Source: a virus | Taxonomy: Duplodnaviria > Caudoviricetes | Strand: one strand, 5' to 3' | Virus record (IMG/VR): IMGVR_UViG_3300030329_004607 | Location: 1-52,775 of that record | DNA length: 52,775 nt | Shown here: positions 16,143-26,108 of the stretch, piece after piece | Layout: each line of letters opens with the position of its first letter | How positions within the stretch are numbered: the stretch's first letter is position 1 | Program-made: the position numbers and the translations under genes | The notes under the pieces: generated by a model | What the model was told of the DNA's origin: nothing | Databases searched by the model: none | What the model saw: the letters and a program-made list of their open reading frames with translations, nothing else

Positions 16143-16659
16143 AAAAATAATAGGAATTGATCCAGGTAAAGGCGGTGGGATAGCATTAATATCAGCTATA
16201 AGCCACAATAAAGAAGAGGTAAAAATATTTCCATGTCCTAAAGATGTAGATGGAATGGCAGCATTAATAGATGTTTGTCTCAGCAACGTCTCATCATACA
16301 GAGTAAAAGTATTCTTAGAAAAAGTTTGGGCATTCCCTACAGATGGTAGAGCTGGATCATTCTCATTTGGCTGTAACTATGGGCAATGGCAAGGAATATT
16401 AGCATCACATGAGCTTGAGCCAGTATTAGTTACTCCAAAGGAATGGCAATCACATTTTGAAATAAAAAAAGGTTTACCAAAAAATGTTAGAAAAAAAATA
16501 TTAAAACAAATGGCAAAGGATAAATGTCCAGATATGAAAGGCATAACATTAAAGACAGCAGATGCTTTATTGATTGCAATCTATGGGCTAGAAGCCTTTT
16601 TAAGCTACAAACGTGAACTGCCTTGGGTCTACCCTAGGGAAAAGGAAAAAGCTCTGTAA
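16126..16659 (+). CDS. RuvC-like Holliday junction resolvase
   Basis: IIGIDPG, LE, FSFG.NYG, P..W, ADALLIA. Confidence 0.85.
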   Translation: MKSPFRKIIGIDPGKGGGIALISAISHNKEEVKIFPCPKDVDGMAALIDVCLSNVSSYRVKVFLEKVWAFPTDGRAGSFSFGCNYGQWQGILASHELEPVLVTPKEWQSHFEIKKGLPKNVRKKILKQMAKDKCPDMKGITLKTADALLIAIYGLEAFLSYKRELPWVYPREKEKAL

Positions 16660-17175
16660 ATGGCTGATACAGAAGAAAAGGAGACAATACTTGAAATGTT
16701 AGATAGAAAATTAGGCGGTATAGAGGTAATTGATGATGAAATGGCAAGTCAAAACTTTAAAGACTCACTTGCCATAGGTCATACAGTAGAAGATAAGGTA
16801 TGTGCAAAGATAAGAAAGAAATATCGTAAAGCATATGTCAAACAAGGTTACTGTAAAGGATATGATATATATGTTCCTGAGAATGGAATGAAAGTAGAGG
16901 TTAAGCAAGATAAAAAATCAAATTTTACAGGGAACATTGTTGTTGAGATTGAGTTTAATGGCAAGCCTTCAGCTCTATCTACTACAGAAGCACATTACTG
17001 GGTATTTGATGATGGAGAGAAATACATGTGGATAACACCAAAGATATTGAGACAAATCATTGAACCATTGAGACCTGTTAAGTTTGTAGGTAATGGAGAT
17101 AACAAATCTAAGTTAGCTTATCTTGTTAAAAAGGATATTATTATTTCTAATTGTTTAAAGGTAGATAAGTATTAA
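16660..17175 (+). CDS. PD-(D/E)XK-type endonuclease
   Basis: G...E, YD....VEVK.D....TGN..VE. Confidence 0.7.
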   Translation: MADTEEKETILEMLDRKLGGIEVIDDEMASQNFKDSLAIGHTVEDKVCAKIRKKYRKAYVKQGYCKGYDIYVPENGMKVEVKQDKKSNFTGNIVVEIEFNGKPSALSTTEAHYWVFDDGEKYMWITPKILRQIIEPLRPVKFVGNGDNKSKLAYLVKKDIIISNCLKVDKY

Positions 17176-20100
17176 ACATTATTTGGATAAGCAAAATATT
17201 TATTACGCCACTTAGATTTACGTATTATTTTTTGTAAGTCTCTATTTTTATATTCATATAATTTTGCTACTTTTCTTACCATCTTTTCATTCTCAGGTGA
17301 AAGCCAATCATAAAATTGATTCATTAAATTTTTAGATGTACCTTTTCTTTCATCAGAAATGTTAAGTGGTTTATAATGGGACATTACACTTTTTATAGCT
17401 TGTTGTGCTTTTTTATATCTTTTTCTTGGAGTTGAATATGGGTCAACTCTTCCTTCATCTGTTATTACAAAACTCATTGCATCCCAATATGCCTTTGCAA
17501 CATCTTCTTCTTTTCCAAACATTATTGCCTCTTTTAAATCTGTATAATAGGGCTGTCTTCTACTTATAGTTCCATCTCCAGAAAACATTGGCAGATTACG
17601 TTGCTTTTTAAATGTTCTAACCATTGCTCTAGTTGCCATGAAATCCTTAAAGTAAGGGCTATTTTTATATAAAGTTGTTCTAAATAAAGTCATAGCTTGA
17701 TTTGCAACTACAACAGTTTGTTTAGTCCAACTTTTAATAGCCTGCCCTAATGTTTGTCCTCCACCTCTTACTTTGGCAATTTGTTTGTTAGCTTCTAAAA
17801 TATTTCTAATTATTACAGGCTCTATTATTGGAACTCCAAGTTCTCTTTCATATGGATTGAGTCCAGGTATGACTTCTCCAGCTAAACCAAAAAACTCTGA
17901 TCTCCATAAATTTAACATTGCTTTTGAAAATCCATCATCTTGTGTTAATGCAGAACCTGTTGGAGGTTCTTTGCCAAAAGCCTCTTTAAATACAAAATAT
18001 AAAGCTGCACCACTAGCAGAATGTGCAAGTGTAGCTCTAAGCAGTGGAGCAAAATTGCCAAATTCTTGTATTGGTTTTATGAAATTTCTATGAATGTCAA
18101 TAGTAGTAGCTGTTGCCATTCTTTGGAATAATGTTAAAGGTTTAGCCTCAGCTGAAGACATCCATAGTGGAAGTAAAACAGTTGAAGTTCCACCTTGAGT
18201 AGTTACATGTGAAAAGTGTCCAACTTTATTTATTATAGATGAATACTTGCCTTTTACATCTACTGAAGATAAATCTTTTGTATTTTCAAGAAAACTAATT
18301 TCATCACCACTCAAATGCCAGACCTCTTCCATCAATCTTCTCATTCTACTTTTATTTGTCTTCATTTTAAACATGCCTTTTTCGCCACGTAGTTTAGAAA
18401 CAACTTGATCAAAATATAATTGTCCAGCATGAGAAGAAATTATTCTATTCATGTTTTCAGTTTGTGTCATAAAGTTAAATTTAAAAAGATTTCTCATGTT
18501 TAATTTTTTACCAAGTACATCAAAACCTATCTCATCAAGTTCTAAATTTTTAGCACCATATTCAAGATAACCTTTATTTCTTGCCTCATGCCAAGCAGAT
18601 GCATCAAACATATGCTTTATTCCACTCATTGTTCTCCAAAAGCCATGAACACCTATTGATCTTGGTATACCAATGGCAAGGTTTTTCATTCCAGATAAAG
18701 GAGAAGATAAACCCATAGCAGCAGATGAACTTGCAATTATACCCCCAGCCTTATAAAGAGGTGATGCTAATGACTTTTTCAAATCTCTTTCAAAACCTAA
18801 TTGTCTTTCAACTGCTAAGTTTGCATAAGTAGCTATACCTCCACCTTCCCTTCCATCTTCAGCTAATTTAACTATTTCTGAAAGAGTTCCTGTATGTATT
18901 TTATGTTTGCTTCCAGTTCCAGTCCATTCAGGAAAATAGCTAACATTTGCTAAATGCTTTGACATTCTTCTAACGTACATTCCAGCAGTACCCTCAATAG
19001 TATCATCATATACTTTAATTTTTTCTTGTATTCCTCTGTCATTTGTAATATCAACATATTCTTTCATCAATCCTTTACGTGGAATTAAGTGAGGATTTTT
19101 AACATGGCCATATCCATATTTGAGAGCTTTAAACATTTCTTCTCTGATTTCACTTCTAAGTTTTTCTCCTTCAATAGAATTAGGGTCTTTATATTTATCT
19201 TCAAGAACTTTAGCCTCAGTATCAGATTTAGCTTTTTCTTTTGCTTGTTTTTTGGCGAGTTGGTTTGCTTGTTTTTCAACCATTTCATTTATGTAATTAC
19301 TATCTTTATGAAGATATTTTAAAGCTTTCTTTGTCCAAGCTCTTGTCATGTAATTATCAACTTCAATGGATTTCATTTCTGCCATTATTGTTTTAGCACT
19401 CTCAGGAGTTTCATGTTTTAATAATGCTTTTTCAAGTTCTTTCCAAATTTCAGTTTTATATCTATCCCATACTTGATAAGCTCTATATTCATCAGACTTT
19501 ATATCTTTGTTTTTACCATGCACTTTTTCATAAAAGTCTTGTTGACTTTTTGATAGTTCACCTTCTTGGTATAGTCTATCAGCTCTTTCTTTATCAAATA
19601 TTAATACAGCATTTTTAGATTTCTTTTTACCTAAAGTTGTTTTTATAAGATTAATTGCCTGATCTCCTGGCCCTTTATATAGAACATGTTCAGCCCATTC
19701 ATGATTCAAAAGTCTATTAGAGATTCTCTTTCCAGCTTCACCACCATAATTTTTAAGAACTAACCATACAGGCATAACAGCACGACCATAACGATACATC
19801 CATGGTTGTTTTTTAGAAATATCTTGCTCTCTCAACATCAAGTGATCTGTTAAATTTGTATCTTTAACTGGAGGTGCTTCATATTCACTACGCACCATGG
19901 ATTCATATGCTTTCATTGTTTCAGGAGATGCATTTTCATACTTTCCACCTTCAACCCCCATTAATTCTAAAGAAGCTTTTGCAACTTCTGGATGGACATG
20001 GTACTTATCGTTTACATCTTGTATTCTTCTAAAAATAGGCTCAGCAGATTTACTATTACCATAATTAGCTGGATGGTCTACTAAATATTCTTGGTATCTT

Positions 20101-23100
20101 TGCATTTGATCTAAAGTTATATTATCTGCTTTAAAGGTTGTATCTCCAAAAATTTCAGTTCTAACTTTATTATATCCTTTTAAATCAGCTTTTTTAACTC
20201 TTCTATCAAGACTATCCATTCCACCCTCATGCACTTCTCTATTTAGTTTTTTTATTTCAGCTTTTGCTTGAGGACTTTGTTTCGCTGTTTGATATTTAGT
20301 TATGAATTCTTTTGCTCTTTGCTCTGGAAGATCACCTTTCATTACTCTTTCACCAAGAATACGAGCAACATCATTTTTATTATGAACATTTAATTTATGT
20401 TTTAAGTGACTCCAAAACTTGTTAAGGAAATTTTTAACCTTTCCTATCATTGTTTTATTTTTCATGTTACCAGCAACATATTCACCGATAGCTTGAACCA
20501 TGTTTTCTTCACCTCTAAACATACGTTCACCATCTTTGATAAGTTTTTTACTTTTCTTATCTCCAAAGGCACGAAGAACATCAACAACATGGTGAGACAC
20601 CTCATGCGGAATAGTATCAGCTCTAGCATCTCCTTTAGCTATATCAATAAGATGACCAGTAACACGACCAAGAACAGCTTCTCCTTGAAACTTTCCTAGA
20701 GTATCCTTTAATTGTATATCAAGTTCTGGATAAAGTTTTTTAAAATGGTTTATTTGTGATTTTAATTGATCAACACTTATTCCTAAACTTTTAGATGCAC
20801 TTTCAAGTTGATATTTTGTTTCTTTAGTCCCAAATAGTTCTGATAATTTATTGCTTCCATCAAGAACTGATATATTTTCAGTTAAAATATCTTGTATAAT
20901 TCCACTAAGTTCTACCTTAGTTGCTTCTGGCATAGTTCCTTTATAATACTTGTTTACAACTTCAGAACTACCCTTATGCCCAAGATAAAAAGATAATAAA
21001 TCTTTTTGCCTTTGTGTCATTCCAACTTGATCAGCTCTAGTTTCTATAAACTTTCTTACATCTTCAACACGAATATTAGCTTTATATAAATCTTTTATTA
21101 ATTCTGGAGTATTTTTACTTTTAAATATAGGATCATTTTTACCAACTTTATTTTCTTTTATAATTGTTTGTATTTTATCATATAAATTTTTTGAAATTTT
21201 AACAGGTCTTGGATTGCCACCACCCTTTTTAACAAGACCTGGAGTAACATGATAATAATATTCCATCTTACCTTTTATTTTTTTCTTTTTAATATTTGAT
21301 GGAGTAAGGGCGTTAAACTCACCAGTACGAACACCAAGACCTTCTACACCATGTAGGGATGCAGAAACATGAAGTTCTTTTTGTTTTGTTGTTGATTTAT
21401 TGAATGTTGGTAGCTTTTTTACACTTTTAGCTATATCTGCTTCAAGATTAATTTCTCCTATAGCTTCTATTCTCTCACCTGCGATACGTTCACGAATCTG
21501 TTTTGCAAGTTGCCAAACACCTTTATTAGATAAATCTTGTTTTCTAAATGGTTGCTCTATAAGTTTTTTATAACCTGCCCAATCAACAAATTCAGAAAAT
21601 GCAGTTGCCATTGGCTCTGGTCTTAAAGGAAGATTTGGATCACGACTATCAATTCCTTGTAAAATTTTCTTTATATCATTTGGTTTAATTCTTTCAATAG
21701 AATCTTTACCAAGGAATTTTAATCCTTTAGCAATTAATCTCACAGAACCTTTATTACCCTCTCCTGCTTCAACCCAAGCAAGTAAAGAATTTTTTGTAAC
21801 ATTATCTTTTATTTCTGGAATATGTGTTTTTTGTTCTGGAGGTTTCTCAAAGTCAATTAAAGTTTTTTCAAGTTCACTTGTATCACGATATGAAAAATCT
21901 TTATCTTTTCTTTTTATTTTAAGATTTTCTTGTACTTGCTTCATCTCAGCAGAAGTAGTTGCAATATCTCTATATCTTGTTGTAGCACCTTCACGACCAG
22001 TAGCTATTGCTTCTGTTTCAGCGAGTTCACCTTTTTCTTGCTTTATTAATTCTGTAGCTTGTTTTCTACCTTCTGGCGTATCAATATCAAGCTCTGACAC
22101 ATCTATACCAAGAGATTCACTTTCTTCAAGTATTTTCTTTTCAGTATATATGACTTTACCTTGACGATCTCTTACTTTGTCACCTTTCCATGTATCAGAT
22201 AATTTTAATAATTGTTCTTTATGTTTTTTAAAAGAACCTAAAAGACCTTCATACATTGGATTTATAGGATCAGTAGCATGCTCTATAAGCTTTTCAACAG
22301 CTCCAATTTGCTCACTAACATTGGTTATCAATCTATTTGCTCTCTCAGTAGAACCTTCAGTAATACCATCAACATAATCACTTATAAGTATTTTTGTTTT
22401 TTCTTGAGATGATTGTAAATCTTCTTTAAATTTTATATATTTTTCATCTACACCTCTTTTTTCCTTATGAAGAGTGTCTGCAATTTTTTCATCATTTATA
22501 GCTTCCTCAATATCTCCTTGCTCTCTCTTTTCTCTTGCTCTTTCCCTTATCTCTAATTCCTGTTTATCGAGAATACTTGCATGTCTTGGATTTCCTTCAC
22601 TATCTACACCATGTTTAGCTTTTTCAGCTTCTTCTAAAAGTTTATAATGCTCCATACTTTTAGAGAATACTTTATGCATTCCTTTTGTTATTCCAAATAA
22701 ACCAAGATCAGCAACTAATGATACACCTATATCTCTCCATCTAACGTCTTCTCCTTTTGCAACTGCTGTTACTACATCTCCTGCAGTATATACAGCTGAT
22801 TCTGCTCCTATTTGACCTACAGGGCTAGTAAGTCCAAGCAATGTCCTTTCCCCTTTTGATATTGCTTCTGTTGCTTCTTCTCCTGCTTTAGTAGCAATTT
22901 TACCTGCTTTGGAAAATTTATCTAAAAGATGTGCATTTGAATAGGCTAAACCTCCACCAGCAGCACCAGCAAGTCCACCAAGTATACCTCCATGCATAAC
23001 GCCCTTAGCAATACCGCCCATTACATCTTCACCATTTACACCTGCTTGCACTCCACCCATAGCACCTTCATATGAGGCAAGTGTAAAAGCTTGTCTTGTA

Positions 23101-23612
23101 GCAAGTTCGCCCATTGAATTTTTAAGAGTTTGTTTAACCTGAAGTTTAGAAGCCTCTTTAGCTGTTTGAACGCCAAGTCCTTTTAATACTAAACTTCCTG
23201 CTCCTGCACCTGCACCTAAAGCTATAAGGTCAAGTGGCATTATAAATGAAGCAAGCATTGAACCAATGTCTTCAAGAATATTAGGATCATAATCATCAAG
23301 ATTATATCTTTGCTTTCCTGTTACTAATTGTTCTGTTAAACCTGTAAGGGAATTATTATAACCAGCTTTCCAAAAATCAGCAGAATTTTCATCTATCCCA
23401 TAATCAAACCATGATTGAAATCCATTCATGAATGTAGGAGATGTATTAGCATCTTTTTTAACTTGTGCTTTATTATCTACCTCATTCCAAGAAAGATTTG
23501 GATTATCTCTTTTTAAATATTTGTAAATTCTTTCATCGCTAAGTCCATCTACTGCATAGTCTGAATTACGATATTCATCAATAGCACTTTTTACATTTAA
23601 TGGTATTGCCAT
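17172..23612 (-). CDS. Giant internal virion (ejection) polyvalent protein with tyrosine-recombinase and zincin metallopeptidase domains
   Basis: Last gene of the structural operon; Gly/Ala-rich hydrophobic N-region; R762..R853..LGH879..Y889; HEVSH at 1003-1007. Confidence 0.75.
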   Translation of the reverse strand: MAIPLNVKSAIDEYRNSDYAVDGLSDERIYKYLKRDNPNLSWNEVDNKAQVKKDANTSPTFMNGFQSWFDYGIDENSADFWKAGYNNSLTGLTEQLVTGKQRYNLDDYDPNILEDIGSMLASFIMPLDLIALGAGAGAGSLVLKGLGVQTAKEASKLQVKQTLKNSMGELATRQAFTLASYEGAMGGVQAGVNGEDVMGGIAKGVMHGGILGGLAGAAGGGLAYSNAHLLDKFSKAGKIATKAGEEATEAISKGERTLLGLTSPVGQIGAESAVYTAGDVVTAVAKGEDVRWRDIGVSLVADLGLFGITKGMHKVFSKSMEHYKLLEEAEKAKHGVDSEGNPRHASILDKQELEIRERAREKREQGDIEEAINDEKIADTLHKEKRGVDEKYIKFKEDLQSSQEKTKILISDYVDGITEGSTERANRLITNVSEQIGAVEKLIEHATDPINPMYEGLLGSFKKHKEQLLKLSDTWKGDKVRDRQGKVIYTEKKILEESESLGIDVSELDIDTPEGRKQATELIKQEKGELAETEAIATGREGATTRYRDIATTSAEMKQVQENLKIKRKDKDFSYRDTSELEKTLIDFEKPPEQKTHIPEIKDNVTKNSLLAWVEAGEGNKGSVRLIAKGLKFLGKDSIERIKPNDIKKILQGIDSRDPNLPLRPEPMATAFSEFVDWAGYKKLIEQPFRKQDLSNKGVWQLAKQIRERIAGERIEAIGEINLEADIAKSVKKLPTFNKSTTKQKELHVSASLHGVEGLGVRTGEFNALTPSNIKKKKIKGKMEYYYHVTPGLVKKGGGNPRPVKISKNLYDKIQTIIKENKVGKNDPIFKSKNTPELIKDLYKANIRVEDVRKFIETRADQVGMTQRQKDLLSFYLGHKGSSEVVNKYYKGTMPEATKVELSGIIQDILTENISVLDGSNKLSELFGTKETKYQLESASKSLGISVDQLKSQINHFKKLYPELDIQLKDTLGKFQGEAVLGRVTGHLIDIAKGDARADTIPHEVSHHVVDVLRAFGDKKSKKLIKDGERMFRGEENMVQAIGEYVAGNMKNKTMIGKVKNFLNKFWSHLKHKLNVHNKNDVARILGERVMKGDLPEQRAKEFITKYQTAKQSPQAKAEIKKLNREVHEGGMDSLDRRVKKADLKGYNKVRTEIFGDTTFKADNITLDQMQRYQEYLVDHPANYGNSKSAEPIFRRIQDVNDKYHVHPEVAKASLELMGVEGGKYENASPETMKAYESMVRSEYEAPPVKDTNLTDHLMLREQDISKKQPWMYRYGRAVMPVWLVLKNYGGEAGKRISNRLLNHEWAEHVLYKGPGDQAINLIKTTLGKKKSKNAVLIFDKERADRLYQEGELSKSQQDFYEKVHGKNKDIKSDEYRAYQVWDRYKTEIWKELEKALLKHETPESAKTIMAEMKSIEVDNYMTRAWTKKALKYLHKDSNYINEMVEKQANQLAKKQAKEKAKSDTEAKVLEDKYKDPNSIEGEKLRSEIREEMFKALKYGYGHVKNPHLIPRKGLMKEYVDITNDRGIQEKIKVYDDTIEGTAGMYVRRMSKHLANVSYFPEWTGTGSKHKIHTGTLSEIVKLAEDGREGGGIATYANLAVERQLGFERDLKKSLASPLYKAGGIIASSSAAMGLSSPLSGMKNLAIGIPRSIGVHGFWRTMSGIKHMFDASAWHEARNKGYLEYGAKNLELDEIGFDVLGKKLNMRNLFKFNFMTQTENMNRIISSHAGQLYFDQVVSKLRGEKGMFKMKTNKSRMRRLMEEVWHLSGDEISFLENTKDLSSVDVKGKYSSIINKVGHFSHVTTQGGTSTVLLPLWMSSAEAKPLTLFQRMATATTIDIHRNFIKPIQEFGNFAPLLRATLAHSASGAALYFVFKEAFGKEPPTGSALTQDDGFSKAMLNLWRSEFFGLAGEVIPGLNPYERELGVPIIEPVIIRNILEANKQIAKVRGGGQTLGQAIKSWTKQTVVVANQAMTLFRTTLYKNSPYFKDFMATRAMVRTFKKQRNLPMFSGDGTISRRQPYYTDLKEAIMFGKEEDVAKAYWDAMSFVITDEGRVDPYSTPRKRYKKAQQAIKSVMSHYKPLNISDERKGTSKNLMNQFYDWLSPENEKMVRKVAKLYEYKNRDLQKIIRKSKWRNKYFAYPNNV

Positions 23613-23631
23613 TTATCTATTTTACCTTATC

Positions 23632-25140
23632 TTATTTAACATATTTTAAAATTTGATCAGCCCTTGTTTTTAATGATGTTCTTTTATTAGTAATTTTATT
23701 TAACTCTTTCTTGAGGCTTTTTATTTTATTTTTTCTAAATCCTTGCTGTCTTATTGGCTGTTGTCCTTTTTCTGCTAAAGAAAATTCACCAGCTTTTCTA
23801 GCAGTACCCTCTAGTTCAATACGTTCTTGTACTAGATCACTATATCTTTTCTTTTGATCTTCTGGGAAATTATTTCCAAAAAGGTCTCTCATTTCCTTTA
23901 TCTCTTTTTTTACTTCTTCCCATCGATCTTTTTCATTGGGCTGTTTTTCTAAATTTGTAATTTCATTTTTAATTTCTATTTCACGTGCATCTAAATCTTT
24001 CATTTCATTAACAATTTTCATTCCCATTTTTGAAGTATCTCCTTTTCCTGAAAAAGAATCCATATAAGAGGAATATTTATCTCCACCTTCAGCTCCACCT
24101 TCAGCTCCACCTTCACCTCCACCTTCACCTCCACCACTACCTGGTGGAGTCTTCTTCTTAAAAAGATTTGGAAACTGATATTCAATATAACTTTTTCCTG
24201 CTCTTTTCATTTGAATTTTATCATCTAAATCAATTTGTTTTTTCAAATCCATATATGTATCTTGTATGCTTTCTTTTAATGATTCATTTAAATCTTTAAA
24301 ATGACGTATTTCTCCCTCCATTGCATCAGGAATTAATTCATTTGGAACTGGTATATTACCATTTATTATTTGCTCATAACCTATATATTTATTTACATTA
24401 GCATCAATTCTATTAATTAGATTTTTTGTAGCAGTTTTTTGTAATGTATCATCTTTAGTTATATAGTCTTGTATTGGTTTTATTGTATTACTTGCAATCG
24501 ATTGCTTATAAGCTTTATATTCTACTTCATCAATTTTTTTATCATCAAAAAATGAATCAACTATAAAATCATTAATATATGCTCCATGGGCAAGTTGTTT
24601 GTCTAAATGTCTATTTTGAACAAGTTGCAATCTATCTCCATGCATTGCTAGAAATTTCTCTGTATAATCTGTATAACCTTGAACAATATTTCTAAATTTA
24701 TCTACATCTTCATCTGTATACTCTGTGCCAACAGCAAATTTATCAGAATCTATAAATTCTGATATTGGCTTCATATAAGACTCTAATTGACTTGCAAATT
24801 GTTCAAAGCTACTATTTTTTTCTATTTGTCGATCAAAATTATCAAGTTGGACTTTACCAAGTTCTAAAGTTTCTTCATCCATTTTACTGCTATACTTATT
24901 GTAATATTCTTGATATTTATCTTTTCTATCTTTAAGTTCATCATTATTATATATTCTATTAACATCACCAGCAATAGCAGACATTGTTCTTTGTCTTCCT
25001 TGATTTTTATATTTACGTTCTTGTCTTGTATCAGATATTATATTTGCAAGACGATCAATAGACGCTTCAAAGGAACGATCTTGTGTGATTGTTGGTTTAC
25101 GTAATGCTTTTGCTAATTCTCTACTTGGATCAAATGCCAT
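23632..25140 (-). CDS. Putative internal virion/ejection protein
   Basis: 502 aa, helical; position between the tail genes and the giant protein. Confidence 0.6.
   Translation of the reverse strand: MAFDPSRELAKALRKPTITQDRSFEASIDRLANIISDTRQERKYKNQGRQRTMSAIAGDVNRIYNNDELKDRKDKYQEYYNKYSSKMDEETLELGKVQLDNFDRQIEKNSSFEQFASQLESYMKPISEFIDSDKFAVGTEYTDEDVDKFRNIVQGYTDYTEKFLAMHGDRLQLVQNRHLDKQLAHGAYINDFIVDSFFDDKKIDEVEYKAYKQSIASNTIKPIQDYITKDDTLQKTATKNLINRIDANVNKYIGYEQIINGNIPVPNELIPDAMEGEIRHFKDLNESLKESIQDTYMDLKKQIDLDDKIQMKRAGKSYIEYQFPNLFKKKTPPGSGGGEGGGEGGAEGGAEGGDKYSSYMDSFSGKGDTSKMGMKIVNEMKDLDAREIEIKNEITNLEKQPNEKDRWEEVKKEIKEMRDLFGNNFPEDQKKRYSDLVQERIELEGTARKAGEFSLAEKGQQPIRQQGFRKNKIKSLKKELNKITNKRTSLKTRADQILKYVK
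24081..24135. repeat. 12-bp in-frame tandem repeat (GGEG/GAEG linker)
   Basis: CTCCACCTTCA(G/C) x ~4.6. Confidence 0.9.
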
Positions 25141-25141
25141 T

Positions 25142-26107
25142 TTACGTGCCTCCTGCTTGGGGAAGACCAGCTATAAATTGTTGAAATTGATTTTCCCATT
25201 TTGATGTTTGTTTTTGTTCTAATTCGTACATGCCTTTTTTATAATCAAATTCAGCTATATCTTTAGTTAAATCATATGTATCTTGGATAGAACTAAACCC
25301 TTTAGATAAATCCTCTAATACTTCTGTTCCACCTCTTTGCCCCATTCCACTATAAATATTTTGAGTTTTTTTGCCTAAAGTTTTAGCTCCCTTTTGAAGA
25401 CCATATATATCTGATTCTTTTTGCTTGACAGCTTTTCTTCCTATCAAACTATCCTCAAATCCAATTTTATTATATGAAGTTTCAAAAGTTTCCTCTGTTT
25501 TTCCAGATTGTACAATATCTTGAATTATTTTTGCTTGATCTGTATTACCTTCGTTATTTGCAGCAATAACATCTTGTACATTAACAACTCCATCATTAGT
25601 TAAATCATATGGAGATGTTGGTACACCAATTTCTCCACCATATTGTTCAGCAAGAAAGCTAACTTGAGTTTGATCAATTTCTTCTATTTTTGGGGCTGTT
25701 AATGCTGCTAATCTTTTTATTTCCTCTTTAAATCCATATGGATTATCACTCCAATCTCCAGGAGCTTTTTCCCCATATTTCATTTTAAATATATAATCAG
25801 CAAGTTTATCTGGAGTCATTCCTTCATATTTCTCTTTAGTGAATCCTTCCATTCCAAAATCTTGCTCTCCAATTGTAGTTGTATCAGTCCCAGGAGGTGT
25901 AGGTGTTGTTGAAGATAAATGCTGTAAATTTTGAAATTCATCTTCTTTACCATAATACTTACCAGCAGCTTGTTCCTCCGCAGGATCACCAGCAGAAAAA
26001 ACACCTTCATTAAGTTTTTTATATTGAGAGTACGCTTCATCCCATTCATAATATTCATTATCAACTGTTACTAAATCGTTGCCTTGATATGTAAACATCC
26101 AATTCAT
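25142..26107 (-). CDS. Putative internal virion protein with a single dockerin-type Ca-binding loop
   Basis: DLTNDGVVNVQD at 25571-25606. Confidence 0.6.
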   Translation of the reverse strand: MNWMFTYQGNDLVTVDNEYYEWDEAYSQYKKLNEGVFSAGDPAEEQAAGKYYGKEDEFQNLQHLSSTTPTPPGTDTTTIGEQDFGMEGFTKEKYEGMTPDKLADYIFKMKYGEKAPGDWSDNPYGFKEEIKRLAALTAPKIEEIDQTQVSFLAEQYGGEIGVPTSPYDLTNDGVVNVQDVIAANNEGNTDQAKIIQDIVQSGKTEETFETSYNKIGFEDSLIGRKAVKQKESDIYGLQKGAKTLGKKTQNIYSGMGQRGGTEVLEDLSKGFSSIQDTYDLTKDIAEFDYKKGMYELEQKQTSKWENQFQQFIAGLPQAGGT

Positions 26108-26108
26108 A

